Source: Candidatus Latescibacterota bacterium (lineage in GTDB: Bacteria; Latescibacterota; CBDEFO01). From it: DNA of 64,000 nt. This document shows positions 30,584 through 41,363 of the stretch, piece after piece; the stretch's first letter is position 1; each line of letters starts with the position of its first letter. The notes under the pieces are model-generated. The model was not told where the DNA came from, did not search any database, and worked only from the letters and a program-made list of their open reading frames with translations. The translations under genes and the position numbers were made by a program. The DNA is taken from NCBI GenBank assembly GCA_965248755.1, contig OZ252149.1, forward strand, positions 1,984,001 through 2,048,000, given 5' to 3'.

Positions 30584-32842
30584 CTATCTGTTTTGGGGCT
30601 GCTCCTTTGAAGTGCCCACATCCTCCTGCTCTCTGCCGTCTTGTGAATCTTTATCTTTGGAATCTGGCGCTTTGCCCTTTTGAGTATCCTTTGAATCCGA
30701 ATGGGGTGAATGTTCTGGGCTTTCACCGTCCTGGTTTGAGGTGGGGCTTCTGCTAGGATTCGTGCGAGACGGCGTACTTCTTCTCCTGCGAGGTTGCTTA
30801 CTCCTGCCCTTTCGAAGGTCCTCCCCAGCCAGGACCCTATCTATTTGAGAACCGTCCAATACCTCTAACTCCAAAAGGATCTCAGCCAGAGTATGCATCT
30901 TATCTGTATTATCTCTCAACAACTGCTCCACCTTCTTTTCGGCTCCTGTGACTAACTTCTCTACCTCCTCATCAATAATCTGCGCTGTCTTTTCGCTGTA
31001 GTCCCTGCGCTTGGCTATCTCCCTTCCTAAGAATATCTCCTCTTCTTTCTTCCCGTAGGTTATAGGGCCCAAACGATCGCTCATTCCCCATTCACACACC
31101 ATATTCCGTGCAAGGTTTGTAGCCTGCTCATAATCGTTTCCTGAGCCAGTGCTCATCTCGCCAAAGACAATCTTTTCGGCTACCCTTCCTCCTAAAACAT
31201 GAGCTATCTTTCCCAGACAGTAGGTCTTTGAATAAGTATGTTTTTCGTCTATAGGCAGAAAATGCGTTACACCTAAGGCCTTTCCCCTCGGAATTATCGT
31301 CACCTTATGCACAGGATCACTCCCTGGAATAAGCTTTGCGACCAGAGAATGGCCCACCTCGTGATAGGCAATCAGTTTCTTCTCCTCATCAGAGATCACC
31401 AGGCTCCTTCGCTCCGCGCCCATCATAACCTTGTCCTTTGAATCCTCAAAGTCCTGCGTCGTTACGTTCTTCCGGTTGCGCCTGGAGGCTAAAAGAGCCG
31501 CCTCGTTCACCAGATTCTCCAGATCTGCCCCTGAAAGCCCCGGTGTTCCTCTGGCCAACACCTTCAAATTCACACCCTTTGCAAGTGGAATGTGCTTCAG
31601 TCTGGTATGAACCCTCAGAATGCCCTCTCTGCCCTTCACATCTGGTCTTTCTACTACGACCTGTCTGTCGAACCGCCCCGGCCTCAAAAGTGCAGGGTCT
31701 AACACATCTGGCCTATTGGTAGCTGCGATTAAGATTACGCCTTCGTTGGTGTTGAATCCATCCATCTCCACGAGGAGCTGGTTCAACGTCTGCTCGCGCT
31801 CATCGTGTCCGCCGCCTATCCCTGCGCCCCTGTGTCTTCCTACAGCATCCAGTTCGTCTATGAATATAATGCACGGAGCGCTGTTCTTTCCCTGATCAAA
31901 GAGGTCCCTTACTCTGGACGCTCCCACGCCCACAAACATCTCCACAAAATCGGACCCGCTCATGCTGTAGAACGGGACCTCGGCTTCGCCCGCTACGGCC
32001 TTTGCCATATAGGTTTTCCCCGTACCTGGAGGTCCCACAAGGAGCACTCCTTTCGGGATTCTGCCTCCCAATCTTTGAAACTTCTTCGGGTCTTTCAAAA
32101 ACTCTATGATCTCCTCTAATTCCTGTTTTGCCTCATCGGCTCCCGCCACGTCCTTAAACGTCACCTTGGGTTTGTCTTCAGCTACTAGCTTTGCTTTGCT
32201 CTTTCCGAACGAAAACAATCCCTTTGGCCCCCCCTGCATCTGCCTTAAGAGGAAGAGCCACACGCCGAAGAATATAAACCACGGAAATATCTGAAGCACG
32301 ACTCCCAACCAGTTTGAGGACTTCTCCTCAAACCTTATAACGACGCCCCATTTTTCCCACTCCTTAATAGTATCCGAATCCACGATGCCTATATTCACCA
32401 CAAAACGGTTTTCATTGTATCTCTTTATCTCCTCTACCCCAGGTTCGTAACTCTCCCTGGGTTCGTAATCTTCCTTCAGCACCCCGTGTACTTCTGCATC
32501 TATTATGGTGACTTCAGCGATCATTCCTGACTGGAGCAGTTCCTTGTATTCGCTGTAGTCTATCTCCAACTGCGGCGGATCGCTCTCAAAGAACTTCGTT
32601 ACCGCTATGAATATCATCACGATGAGCATCCAGAACAGGAACGTCTTGGACAACTTTCTCCATTTTGGAGGGGGAACCTTCTGATCTCCGGGCTTCCGCG
32701 ATTTTTCGTTTAGCGCCTGCTGAAATCTCCCCTCACTTGGCTTCTTTTCGTCCTGACGCTTTCCACGCCGGGGTATACGCGGCATCAGTAATCTTCGCCT
32801 TTTGTCCTTTTTATTTTTATCCTCACTATCCGGCCGATTCAT
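30584..32842 (-). CDS. ftsH: ATP-dependent zinc metalloprotease FtsH
   Basis: Two TMs, [38 protein letters not shown] and HEVGH. Confidence 0.97.
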   Translation of the reverse strand: MNRPDSEDKNKKDKRRRLLMPRIPRRGKRQDEKKPSEGRFQQALNEKSRKPGDQKVPPPKWRKLSKTFLFWMLIVMIFIAVTKFFESDPPQLEIDYSEYKELLQSGMIAEVTIIDAEVHGVLKEDYEPRESYEPGVEEIKRYNENRFVVNIGIVDSDTIKEWEKWGVVIRFEEKSSNWLGVVLQIFPWFIFFGVWLFLLRQMQGGPKGLFSFGKSKAKLVAEDKPKVTFKDVAGADEAKQELEEIIEFLKDPKKFQRLGGRIPKGVLLVGPPGTGKTYMAKAVAGEAEVPFYSMSGSDFVEMFVGVGASRVRDLFDQGKNSAPCIIFIDELDAVGRHRGAGIGGGHDEREQTLNQLLVEMDGFNTNEGVILIAATNRPDVLDPALLRPGRFDRQVVVERPDVKGREGILRVHTRLKHIPLAKGVNLKVLARGTPGLSGADLENLVNEAALLASRRNRKNVTTQDFEDSKDKVMMGAERRSLVISDEEKKLIAYHEVGHSLVAKLIPGSDPVHKVTIIPRGKALGVTHFLPIDEKHTYSKTYCLGKIAHVLGGRVAEKIVFGEMSTGSGNDYEQATNLARNMVCEWGMSDRLGPITYGKKEEEIFLGREIAKRRDYSEKTAQIIDEEVEKLVTGAEKKVEQLLRDNTDKMHTLAEILLELEVLDGSQIDRVLAGEDLRKGRSKQPRRRRSTPSRTNPSRSPTSNQDGESPEHSPHSDSKDTQKGKAPDSKDKDSQDGREQEDVGTSKEQPQNR

Positions 32843-32861
32843 AAGCTATATTCTCCTGCGC

Positions 32862-34262
32862 TCAAGCTTCAAAACATGAGGGGCTTTGAAACTCAGCTTC
32901 CAAGACTTTCTGTGTCTGTGGACTCACACGTCTGGTTTCATCTATCTTCACGCCTACGACCCACAATATACCATTTTCGTCAGACAGGATTGGGACTTCG
33001 TCCCTCAAAACACGGGGGATCTTCTCATCTATCAAAAGGTTCTTGATCTTTTTGTGACCGTGCATCCCGAAGGGACGCAGCGTATCTTCTGGAAGCGGGC
33101 TCCTGATCTCCAAGCAAGTCCCCACTGAATTCACATCAAACGCCGCCCTATAGGAATCGGAATATTTGTACATCTGGACGTGCCCGGCGAAGGGGACTAT
33201 TCGAGTTCGAAGAGTCGCACCCAACTCGGAGATAGAGGTCTGGCCAGGGAGGTTCACCCTGGTTCTAAAGGGCGGAATCGCCCCTCTCTTAAAGATCAGC
33301 AGTCCCCCTGATCTTTGTACCCCGATTCCTTTTGTAAGATCGACTTTCCTCTTTTTGCCTTCTGCAACCAAGAGAACAGCTTCCACAGATTCAAAGTCCG
33401 ATCTTGCTTCTCCTTCAAAGAGCCGCTCCAGGCATATCCTTATGATGCGTCGTTGTACCGCCACGTGGTAGTCCAAAAGGCGCGCCAGGTTGAGGAAGAT
33501 CTTGCCTTTTAATTCATTTTCTACCACATCCTCAAACACCTTTTGTGAGACGTCATCCAGAAAATCATCTTCATCTTGAAGGATGTGGCCTGTCCTGTCA
33601 AGGATCTTCAAGATATTCCGGCTATAGTCCTCCTCCAAAAGGGGAATTAACTCGTTTCTGATCTTATTTCTGGCAAAGTTGGTATCCGAATTTGACGAAT
33701 CCTCACGAAAGGACAAGCCGCGCTCGGATAGATAGCGTTTTATCTGGTATCTTTCCACGCTCAATAGCGGCCTGATGATGGAGCTTTGCCTCATCGGCCG
33801 TATCCCTCCTAATCCCCGGGCTCCTGTCCCTCTTAAGAGACGCAGCAGTACCGTCTCTGCCTGATCGTTGAGGTTATGACCTGTGGCTATTTTTGAGGCC
33901 CCTACCTCCTCTGCTGCTCTCTGCAAGAAGCGGTATCTGAGAATCCTTGCCCCGTTCTCGGTAGAGACTTTTATCCTTTTCACAAAGGATTTGACATCCT
34001 CTATTCCGACTGCGCATCCTATCCCCATGCTCCCTGCAAGCTCTTCTGCAAAGCGTGCATCCTCATCTGATTCGGCGCCCCTCAGGCTGTGATTCAGATG
34101 AGCCGCGTGGAGTTCTACCTCCAGATCCGTCTTCAGACGGTAGAGTACGTCCAGAAGAGCCACAGAATCGGGTCCACCTGATAGTGCCACCAGAACCTTC
34201 TCTTTGGGCAATATCATATTATGCCTGAGTATAAACGCCCGAACCCTATCTGTGAGTTCCAT
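32862..34262 (-). CDS. tilS: tRNA(Ile)-lysidine synthetase
   Basis: VALSGGPDS, HLNHSLRG, GHNLNDQAET, IIRPLL, DSSN and RNKIR, plus the TilS C-terminal domain. Confidence 0.96.
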   Translation of the reverse strand: MELTDRVRAFILRHNMILPKEKVLVALSGGPDSVALLDVLYRLKTDLEVELHAAHLNHSLRGAESDEDARFAEELAGSMGIGCAVGIEDVKSFVKRIKVSTENGARILRYRFLQRAAEEVGASKIATGHNLNDQAETVLLRLLRGTGARGLGGIRPMRQSSIIRPLLSVERYQIKRYLSERGLSFREDSSNSDTNFARNKIRNELIPLLEEDYSRNILKILDRTGHILQDEDDFLDDVSQKVFEDVVENELKGKIFLNLARLLDYHVAVQRRIIRICLERLFEGEARSDFESVEAVLLVAEGKKRKVDLTKGIGVQRSGGLLIFKRGAIPPFRTRVNLPGQTSISELGATLRTRIVPFAGHVQMYKYSDSYRAAFDVNSVGTCLEIRSPLPEDTLRPFGMHGHKKIKNLLIDEKIPRVLRDEVPILSDENGILWVVGVKIDETRRVSPQTQKVLEAEFQSPSCFEA

Positions 34263-34460
34263 CTGTCTTGCACCTCAGACAAAAAGCGGTCCTGCTAAAG
34301 CCATAATAGTAGGATTGCCAATGCTATCCCCACACTTTATCAAAAAGCATCCTTACTATTCAATATACGATAGATATATAGGAAAGTCAACTTTAAAAAT
34401 GGGGATGCAGCCCAGATTTGTGAGGGCTTCAAGATTCTGCAAGGCTATTTCCTTTTGCAG

Positions 34461-34489
34461 TTGACTTCGGATTGCAGCTTTCATATATT
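34461..34489 (+). promoter_or_regulatory. sigma70-like promoter
   Basis: TTGACT-17 bp-TATATT upstream of 34549. Confidence 0.55.
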
Positions 34490-34548
34490 CTCTCAGTGAA
34501 GAATTGATCCGATCTAACCGCCCCTCTTCCGGGAGAGGTCATCGCCCT

Positions 34549-34827
34549 ATGTCTGAGCGGAAACAAAAACGGGATTTCAGCGAAGACGACGCTATACTCG
34601 AACAATTGGAAGATCCTGTAGACATTGAGGCCTTCCGCAATCTGATGGAACACGCGCATAATATGAAGAAAAGCGCCACTTCCTTCATAAGAGAAGAGCC
34701 AGAAAGGACATCCAGAAAGGCTATCCGAGATTTGTGTCTCAAAGATAAGAAGAAGGTCTTTAAAGAGAGAGTCAAGAGCTATTTTAAGAAACTATGGCCT
34801 CAGCCTCAGAGGCAAAATGAACGATAA
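34549..34827 (+). CDS. hypothetical protein
   Basis: ATG after GGAGAGG; overlaps the next gene; no recognised motif. Confidence 0.55.
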   Translation: MSERKQKRDFSEDDAILEQLEDPVDIEAFRNLMEHAHNMKKSATSFIREEPERTSRKAIRDLCLKDKKKVFKERVKSYFKKLWPQPQRQNER

Positions 34828-35818
34828 CTACGAAGTCGAAATAATGGACGATTGGAAAACGTGGGATCAGTTTGTAAAAGATTCGCCCGGCGGGACCGTC
34901 TTTTCCACGTCCGCATGGCTCTCTGCCGCTCGTAAATCCACAGGTGGGGACATAGTTATCTACGGGTGCTACAAGAAGGGCAACCTCATTGCAGGGTGCT
35001 CAGGTCTCAGAACAAAGAAAGCTCGGTTGGACAGATTCACTACGCCCATCTTAACTCCATATGGAGGATTTATATACGCTCACATTCCCGCCATACGTGC
35101 TGCGAAAGTAGAAGCCGAACGCCAGAAAGCCACCGCGGGCATAATCACCAGATTGGAGAGTGACTTCGACTACATCCTCCTTTCTCACTCCCCGGACATA
35201 GAAGATATCCGGGAATTTATCTGGAGAGACTGGCAAATTCTGGTCAAATACACGTACAGAATAGATCTTTCTGAAGCTGACAAGTTGTGGAGTGCATTTG
35301 AGAACCGAACGAACACTGTCATAAGAAAGGCCCAAAAGAACTGCTTTTCCATTCATCAAAAAGACGATCTTAATCTCTTCATTTGTCAATATAAAATGAT
35401 CTATGAAAAAAGGCGCTTACAGCCTGTCCCCGATAGGATCGTAGATGTCTTCCACAGAGCCGCTCAGGAGTCGGGTCTTTGCAGTATGTACACAGCGGAA
35501 GAACCATCGGGTGCCACCGTCTCGACTGTGGTCTTCGTGCAGGGCTTCGAGACACTCTACGCATGGATAGCGGGAGCCGACCCGGAATACAACAGCAGTG
35601 GGGCGACCTCGCTCCTGTACTCGGAAGTCTTTAAAGAGATGTCTTCTCAGTGTCATAGTTTCGATTTTGTGGGGGCGAACATCCCTTCAATCGCCAAATT
35701 CAAACGCGGATTTGGAGGAGTCTTGACTCCCTACTACGTCACGGAGAAATATACATCCTCCATGTCAAAAGCTATCTTGAAAACTGGACGCAAGATTAAG
35801 TCCCTGACGCGCCGTTGA
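34817..35818 (+). CDS. GNAT/FemAB-like acyltransferase
   Basis: WDQFV..SPGGTVFST.AWL, TPYGG, IRKAQK and FDFVGANIPSIAKFKRGFGG. Confidence 0.85.
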   Translation: MNDNYEVEIMDDWKTWDQFVKDSPGGTVFSTSAWLSAARKSTGGDIVIYGCYKKGNLIAGCSGLRTKKARLDRFTTPILTPYGGFIYAHIPAIRAAKVEAERQKATAGIITRLESDFDYILLSHSPDIEDIREFIWRDWQILVKYTYRIDLSEADKLWSAFENRTNTVIRKAQKNCFSIHQKDDLNLFICQYKMIYEKRRLQPVPDRIVDVFHRAAQESGLCSMYTAEEPSGATVSTVVFVQGFETLYAWIAGADPEYNSSGATSLLYSEVFKEMSSQCHSFDFVGANIPSIAKFKRGFGGVLTPYYVTEKYTSSMSKAILKTGRKIKSLTRR

Positions 35819-35974
35819 CCCAGCAAGCCCCTGATCCGATGAAAAAGAATAGAATGCCTATGCTCGTTCTCTGGTTGAGATCGCTTGACGATAAAGATAA
35901 GTCGATTCTATCATTGCATTAGTTTACGATAGCTTGGAGATGAGGTTACCGCGACCTTAGAGGGAGGTTAAACT

Positions 35975-36391
35975 ATGAGTCAGTCGTTCCACGTAAGAGG
36001 TGTCCATTTAGAAGTGGAGTGCCGAGTCTTTGGAAGCGACAGAGGCCCGGACTTAAAGTCTTTGGGGAGGTCGAGGGGAAAAGAGTTCAACTCCTTAGAT
36101 TCTACTGCTTCGAGAAAGATCCGCACTATCACTTTGACCCCATCGGAAAAGACGATAAGAGGGATCTGGATAAGGGGGAAGTCCCCGACCCTGTTGCGTG
36201 GACTCTGGAGCAGTTGAGTAGCAATCTACTCTCTATGAATCCAGACGGCAGGATATAAGGATTTCGCATCGAGCGTGGATCAGGATGCAGTGGCTGCAGC
36301 TCTGCCACAGGTGGAGGCAGCTATCAGAGCCTCTATCCCCGAAGAAGAGGACAACGTTTTCAACTCTAATGCACCACGGAGATCAGCGTGA
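35975..36391 (+). pseudogene. conserved-looking hypothetical gene with two frameshifts
   Basis: Three consecutive frames join into MSQSFHVRGVHLEVECRVFGSDRGP/LKVFGEVEGKRVQLLRFYCFEKDPHYHFDP...LLSM/QTAGYKDFASSVDQ...; the stop overlaps the next GTG. Confidence 0.6.
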
Positions 36392-37359
36392 AAGCGGCTC
36401 AGATTGTGGGACCACAAAGATTTGAGATCGTGGATGTAGCAAAGCCTGATGTTTCCAGCGCTAAGGACGGGAGCGTGCTGGTTAAAGTCGATAAGGCTGC
36501 GATATGCGGCACCGATGTGCCCGAGTTTGCCTTTGAACATCCGGCCTCCGAATACCCTCTTGCCCCCGGGGCCTCGATCCACGAATGCGTGGGCGTTATC
36601 GCCCAGAGCAGATCTAAAGAATTCAAGGAAGGCGACGAAGTCCTATCTCTCCCAACGGGTCCGGGCGGACTGATGGAGTACTTTCCCTCGGACGAAGATT
36701 ACACCGTGCATCTCCCAAGGTACGAAAAGAAGGAGCATATAGTCCTATCCCAACCCTTGGGAACGATAATATGGGCGTTCCGGAAGTTGGAGAATATCAT
36801 CCATTGGAACGTAGTAGTAGTCGGTCAGGGCCCCATTGGACTTTTGATGGACAGCCTGCTCAGCAATTTGGGCGCAAAGAGGATCATCGCCCTCGATTTG
36901 CTGGATTACCGCCTGGACGTCGCTTTGCAGATGGGAGCCACGCATACTGTGAATGTCATAAGGGAAGACGCCATCCAAAGGGTAAGAGATATTACAGACG
37001 GAAAGATGGCAGATCTTGTCATAGAGGCTGTGGGACACCAGACGGGCACGATCAATACATGTCTGGATCTGGTAAAGCATGAGGGCACATTGCTCTGCTT
37101 CGGAGTGCCGGACAAATCTGTGTACGATTTCAAATACGAGAATTTCTTGAGGAAGAATCTCAGGATGGTGGGTTCTGGAGGCCCGGAGGTAAAAAGAGAT
37201 TTCCCGCTGGCGATAGATATGATAGTGCAGGGCAGGATAGATGTATCTCCTATAGTCACCCATGTTATGCCCTTCGATGAGGTTCAAAGGGGCTTCGAGA
37301 TCTTTTCGAATAGGACAGATGGCGCAATCAAAGTCGTATTGGACTACAACAGCATTTAA
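36388..37359 (+). CDS. zinc-binding (MDR) alcohol/sugar dehydrogenase family
   Basis: AICGTD, HECVG, VGQGPIG, IEAVG and IKVVL. Confidence 0.9.
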   Translation: MKAAQIVGPQRFEIVDVAKPDVSSAKDGSVLVKVDKAAICGTDVPEFAFEHPASEYPLAPGASIHECVGVIAQSRSKEFKEGDEVLSLPTGPGGLMEYFPSDEDYTVHLPRYEKKEHIVLSQPLGTIIWAFRKLENIIHWNVVVVGQGPIGLLMDSLLSNLGAKRIIALDLLDYRLDVALQMGATHTVNVIREDAIQRVRDITDGKMADLVIEAVGHQTGTINTCLDLVKHEGTLLCFGVPDKSVYDFKYENFLRKNLRMVGSGGPEVKRDFPLAIDMIVQGRIDVSPIVTHVMPFDEVQRGFEIFSNRTDGAIKVVLDYNSI

Positions 37360-37446
37360 AATGTAAGCGAAGGAGAGAGCTGAGGCGAAGACAGTGGGGT
37401 CTTAGCCTCAGCCTTTGCCTTAGCCTTCCAAAGAAAGGACATTTAC

Positions 37447-38568
37447 GTGAAGACCTACAATTTCGGAGGAGGATCTCCCGACCCGGGGTCTTTTCCCTCA
37501 GTCGAGCTTGCCTCTGCGGCTACCAGGATTCTGCCCCAGATAGGACATAGCCTTGTCCTCTACCCGGACTCTAAAGGATACCTCGGCTTGAGGGAGGTCG
37601 CATCCTTAAGGTTCTACAGGCGCGAAGGCGCCGAACTTCCTCCCGACAACATAGTCCTGACTACAGGCTCGATGCAGGCGATAAGCCTTATCACCCAGAC
37701 CTTTGTGAACAGGGGGGAACCTGTGATCACTGAGGAATTCACTTACTCAGGAACGCTCAGAGCCTTCAGGCACTACGGCGCGGATATTGTGGGAATCCCG
37801 CTCGATGAGGACGGGATGAGGATGGACGAACTCGAAGGTGCCCTGAGCGATTTAAAGGATCAGGGGAAAAACCCCAAGTTCATATACACCATCGGCACAA
37901 ATCAGAATCCCACAGGTTCGGTTATGCCCCTCGGTCGCAGGAAAGAGCTACTGGACATAGCGCGTAATCACGATGTTATGGTAGTTGAGGACAACTGCTA
38001 CGGCGATCTGCGCTTTGAAGGTGAGAACGTCTCGTCCCTGTACGCTATGGACGACACAAAGTCTACACTTTATCTCGCCTCCTTCTCCAAGATAATGGGG
38101 CCGGGCATCAGATTGGGATACTTCGCCGCCTCTGAAGAGATCATACAGAGGATAATAAGCAATAAGATAGACGGCGGGACGACGGCGCTTGCAAGCTGCA
38201 TCTTGGCCGAATATCTCAAGGAGAATCTCTGGACTCATATCAAGGAAGTGTGCGGCATCTTCAAGGGAAAGCGTGATGTAATGTTCCAGGAGTTGGAGGA
38301 AACTTTAGGCGGCTACTGTACGTGGAGCCGTCCCACCGGGGGCCTCTTTATATGGATTAAATTGCCAGAAAGTGTAGATATATCCGGAGTAGAAAAACTG
38401 GTTGCGGGCAAAGGAATCAACTGCCCTATGGGGAGGTCGTTTTACTCCAAGGATGAGGATATAAATTACGTTAGGCTCTCCTTTGGCTACCCCTCGCACG
38501 ATGACATAAGGGAAGGTGTACGGCTGTTGGCGGAGTGCATAAGGGCTTCTGATAGGGTGATGGTGTAG
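37447..38568 (+). CDS. PLP-dependent aminotransferase class I/II (2-aminoadipate transaminase/MocR-like)
   Basis: GGGSPDP, TTGSMQA, QNPTG, EDNCYG, SFSKIMGPGIRLG, PTGGLFIW and RLSFG. Confidence 0.9.
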   Translation: MKTYNFGGGSPDPGSFPSVELASAATRILPQIGHSLVLYPDSKGYLGLREVASLRFYRREGAELPPDNIVLTTGSMQAISLITQTFVNRGEPVITEEFTYSGTLRAFRHYGADIVGIPLDEDGMRMDELEGALSDLKDQGKNPKFIYTIGTNQNPTGSVMPLGRRKELLDIARNHDVMVVEDNCYGDLRFEGENVSSLYAMDDTKSTLYLASFSKIMGPGIRLGYFAASEEIIQRIISNKIDGGTTALASCILAEYLKENLWTHIKEVCGIFKGKRDVMFQELEETLGGYCTWSRPTGGLFIWIKLPESVDISGVEKLVAGKGINCPMGRSFYSKDEDINYVRLSFGYPSHDDIREGVRLLAECIRASDRVMV

Positions 38569-38593
38569 GTGATATACCATTGAGAGGTCATCC

Positions 38594-38746
38594 GTGAAGA
38601 AGAAATTTGATGCGGTTAAATTTCAGCGGAAGGTTACCGAAGAATTGAGCAAAAAGTGCTTATCTGATCGTGAGGGATTCCTTCGTGAACTCAAAGAAAA
38701 ATATGGCCACTTGAAAAAACGGAAGACCGGTACGCGCTCCCAATAA
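38594..38746 (+). CDS. small hypothetical protein (50 aa, below ORF-track cut-off)
   Basis: GTG after GAGAGG; VKKKFDAVKFQRKVTEELSKKCLSDREGFLRELKEKYGHLKKRKTGTRSQ*. Confidence 0.45.
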   Translation: MKKKFDAVKFQRKVTEELSKKCLSDREGFLRELKEKYGHLKKRKTGTRSQ

Positions 38747-38805
38747 CACCTTTCCCAAAAGTGTAAAACTTTTCGGACTTAAATCAGATCCCTTAATACA
38801 CAGAC
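38747..38805 (+). repeat. about 60-bp direct repeat, copy 1
   Basis: Shares TTTCGGACTTAAATCAGAT (38771-38789) exactly with 39481-39499, and the flanks are similar. Confidence 0.75.
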
Positions 38806-38915
38806 TTCCAGACAGGAGTCCGTTTGCAAGGAGTCGAGACTTTTTCTGTGCATAAATATACTTAGGCGAAGCGGCGCGCCCAAGGTAAAACACAAAACAA
38901 GAAGGAGAAAGAACT

Positions 38916-39350
38916 ATGCGTAGAAATGTAAAAACCATTGTTACGCTAATATTGGTGGCTGTTATAGCTCTTTTCCTATCAGTCAATGTTCCTCAAGGTA
39001 AGGAAAAGGGTAAGATGCTATATCTCGTAACCATGGAAAGTGTTGAAACTGGTGAGATGCATCCCCCTCAGCAGACTATACAGTTTGTGGAGCAGATGGT
39101 TATTCCCACTCTGGAGACTTTAGCAAAACTGGAAGCTGAGAAGAAAATCCTGGCTGGAGGGATTGTGGCTGGAGCCAGGGCCGGTGTGTTTATCGTGCAG
39201 GCATCATCCAACGAGGAGTTAAGTCGTCTATTGCAGAGCTTGCCTATTTGGGGCATAATGAAAGTAGATGTAACCCCTCTGCAAAGCTTCAAGGATCGGA
39301 CTGATCAAGATCGTCAGCTGATTGAGCATCTTAAGGCAGTTTTGAAGTAA
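38916..39350 (+). CDS. muconolactone isomerase/YCII-like dimeric alpha-beta barrel protein with N-terminal hydrophobic leader
   Basis: KILAGGIVAGARAGVFIVQASSNEELSRLLQSLPIWGIMKVDVTPL; RBS AAGGAG. Confidence 0.7.
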   Translation: MRRNVKTIVTLILVAVIALFLSVNVPQGKEKGKMLYLVTMESVETGEMHPPQQTIQFVEQMVIPTLETLAKLEAEKKILAGGIVAGARAGVFIVQASSNEELSRLLQSLPIWGIMKVDVTPLQSFKDRTDQDRQLIEHLKAVLK

Positions 39351-39442
39351 GGGATACTGTGTTTAGGAACTGCAATATTCTCCGTTAAAAGCGACCGAGC
39401 GCGCCGAACAGCCTAACTTGGTTTAAAAGGCGGAAATCAAAC

Positions 39443-40198
39443 ATGAGATTTCCCACCATCTTCCTGAAGAGTGCCGAACCTTTCGGACTTAAATCAGATT
39501 CCTTGATGCATAGACATGCGTATAAGTTGAACTGTCGGACTGAATGGCAAACTTTAGCCGAAAGATCCACAGAGCAAGAGATCAAACTCGTGCGATGGTC
39601 AACGCTTTACGCAAAGGGCTATCCGCTGTGGCTGAAGCTGATAGGTCCCACGGGCTACCACAAGTTGATTCAAGAGACCGCCGAAATGCTCGATAGAGCG
39701 CCTTCGAGTATGCTAGATCTGGGTACAGGAACAGGGCTGGTGGCGAAGACATTTGCCAAAATGTATCCAAAAGCAGATGTTGTAGCAGTTGACCTTTCGT
39801 ATAATATTTTGAAAGCGGCAGAGGCAGAGGATAGCTTTCAGGATAGATTGAAACTTATTCAGACGAGCGCACTTGCACTGCCATTTGACAGTGAAACTTT
39901 TGAGATCGTGACATCTTTTGGCGTGCTGTGCCACATCGTAGAGCCACAGATGGCCATCAAAGAGATAGGGCGCGTCCTCTGTAACGGTGGGGAAATTATC
40001 CTCTGGACAAGAGGAACGGGAGTTATCTCACGCTTTCTGAAGATCTCCTTCCCTATTGTAAGCGGAGGTTCGAAGTTCGTTCTTTACTCCCAAAAGGAGC
40101 TTAATAATTACTTTGCAGAGGCGGGGTTTAAAGATATTATCGTCTGCAATGCAGCCCACGGTCTTTTGGTAACGGCGATCAAAGCTTATGCCCTTTGA
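39443..40198 (+). CDS. class I SAM-dependent methyltransferase (start uncertain)
   Basis: MLDLGTGTG, AVDLS, LPFDSETFE and RVLCNGG. The annotated N-terminus is derived from repeat DNA. Confidence 0.8.
   Translation: MRFPTIFLKSAEPFGLKSDSLMHRHAYKLNCRTEWQTLAERSTEQEIKLVRWSTLYAKGYPLWLKLIGPTGYHKLIQETAEMLDRAPSSMLDLGTGTGLVAKTFAKMYPKADVVAVDLSYNILKAAEAEDSFQDRLKLIQTSALALPFDSETFEIVTSFGVLCHIVEPQMAIKEIGRVLCNGGEIILWTRGTGVISRFLKISFPIVSGGSKFVLYSQKELNNYFAEAGFKDIIVCNAAHGLLVTAIKAYAL
39455..39515 (+). repeat. about 60-bp direct repeat, copy 2
   Basis: See 38747-38805; period 710 bp. Confidence 0.75.
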
Positions 40199-41363
40199 CG
40201 GTTCCTGTGCGTACAGTCACGTAGAAAATCTCTCCTTCCCGAGGCGGACAGGAAGCCAGGGAGGGGACCGAGCCGCAACATATATACTCGACTTCTTTAA
40301 AGACATAGGTCTGAACGTCGAAGTTCAGGAGTTCCGATTCTCGACAACACCTCACAGATTAGGGTGGAGCACAGCACCGCTTTTTTTGAGCTTCGTCGGC
40401 ATAATCGCTGTCTTTTTACTGCCGAATATGAGGCCGATCTCAGGCGTTTTGTGCACAGCTATCCTCTTTTCAATATGCGCTACGAGCAGGTGGAATGGAC
40501 TTGTGGAGAAGATATTCAACATCGGACCTGAAAAAACAGCGCGCAACATCATCGCCCGAAGGACTTCAGCAAGTAAGGAAGTGGAGTTAATATTTGTCGC
40601 TCACTACGACTCCAAGTCCCAGCCTTTATCCCTTGTCGTCAGGTTTCTATTATTCTTCAGCGGTGTTCTTCTTATTTTGGGCGTCTGTCTTGCTGTAATT
40701 ATCTCAGCGATTATGGGAGATATAGTCCTCCCCTACGATTTCTTGAGGTGGACAGCGTTTGCGTCTTTTATCTTATTCTTACCGCTTTCGGCGATAAGAT
40801 CTAAGAACGGATCGCCGGGAGCACTGGACAACGGATCGGGGGTGGGTATACTTTTAGAACTTGCAAGGTGCACAGAGGAGCTGGATCTCGAAAGGACGAA
40901 TTTAACGTTTCTGACTACAGGTGCTGAAGAGGAGGGCATGGTCGGGGCGATGAGATATATTCAAAGGAAAGAGGACAGCTTGGAGGTAGAGAACACATTT
41001 TTTGTCAACTATGAGATGATCGGAGTAGGAGACAAACTGTCGTTGATCACTGCTCACGGAGTCCCTCCTGTTCGGACAGCTAAACGGTTGAGCAAAATAG
41101 GCATTCGTGCCGCAGAGCAGGAAAGATTACGGGTTTTGCGATCCTATCTTCCGTTCGGAGCGGGAATGGACCACATGCCGATAGCTTGGAGAGGATTCGA
41201 CGCTATCACCCTGTTGGGAGAGAAGTTCAACCGACCCTTTTTCAGAGCTCATTCTCCCAGAGATACCCCGGATGGTATAGATCCCAAAGCATTAGAGAGG
41301 GCAGGAAGATTAGGACTTCGCATAGCACAATTACTAGACTCAATGCCGCCGGGGATAAGATGA
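40188..41363 (+). CDS. M28-family peptidase with internal TM segments
   Basis: VAHYDS, GALDNGSG, GAEEEG, MDH and AHSPRD. Confidence 0.85.
   Translation: MPFDGSCAYSHVENLSFPRRTGSQGGDRAATYILDFFKDIGLNVEVQEFRFSTTPHRLGWSTAPLFLSFVGIIAVFLLPNMRPISGVLCTAILFSICATSRWNGLVEKIFNIGPEKTARNIIARRTSASKEVELIFVAHYDSKSQPLSLVVRFLLFFSGVLLILGVCLAVIISAIMGDIVLPYDFLRWTAFASFILFLPLSAIRSKNGSPGALDNGSGVGILLELARCTEELDLERTNLTFLTTGAEEEGMVGAMRYIQRKEDSLEVENTFFVNYEMIGVGDKLSLITAHGVPPVRTAKRLSKIGIRAAEQERLRVLRSYLPFGAGMDHMPIAWRGFDAITLLGEKFNRPFFRAHSPRDTPDGIDPKALERAGRLGLRIAQLLDSMPPGIR

Noticed and set aside
37380..37427. GCCTTA/GCCTCA hexamer runs (similar near 48130-48170) as a distinct element
   Set aside because: Short, low-complexity hairpin-like spacers; too little evidence.
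38740..39440. Integron attC sites
   Set aside because: GCCTAAC and CTTAGGC-like cores occur, but I could not form a proper attC hairpin and no integrase is present.
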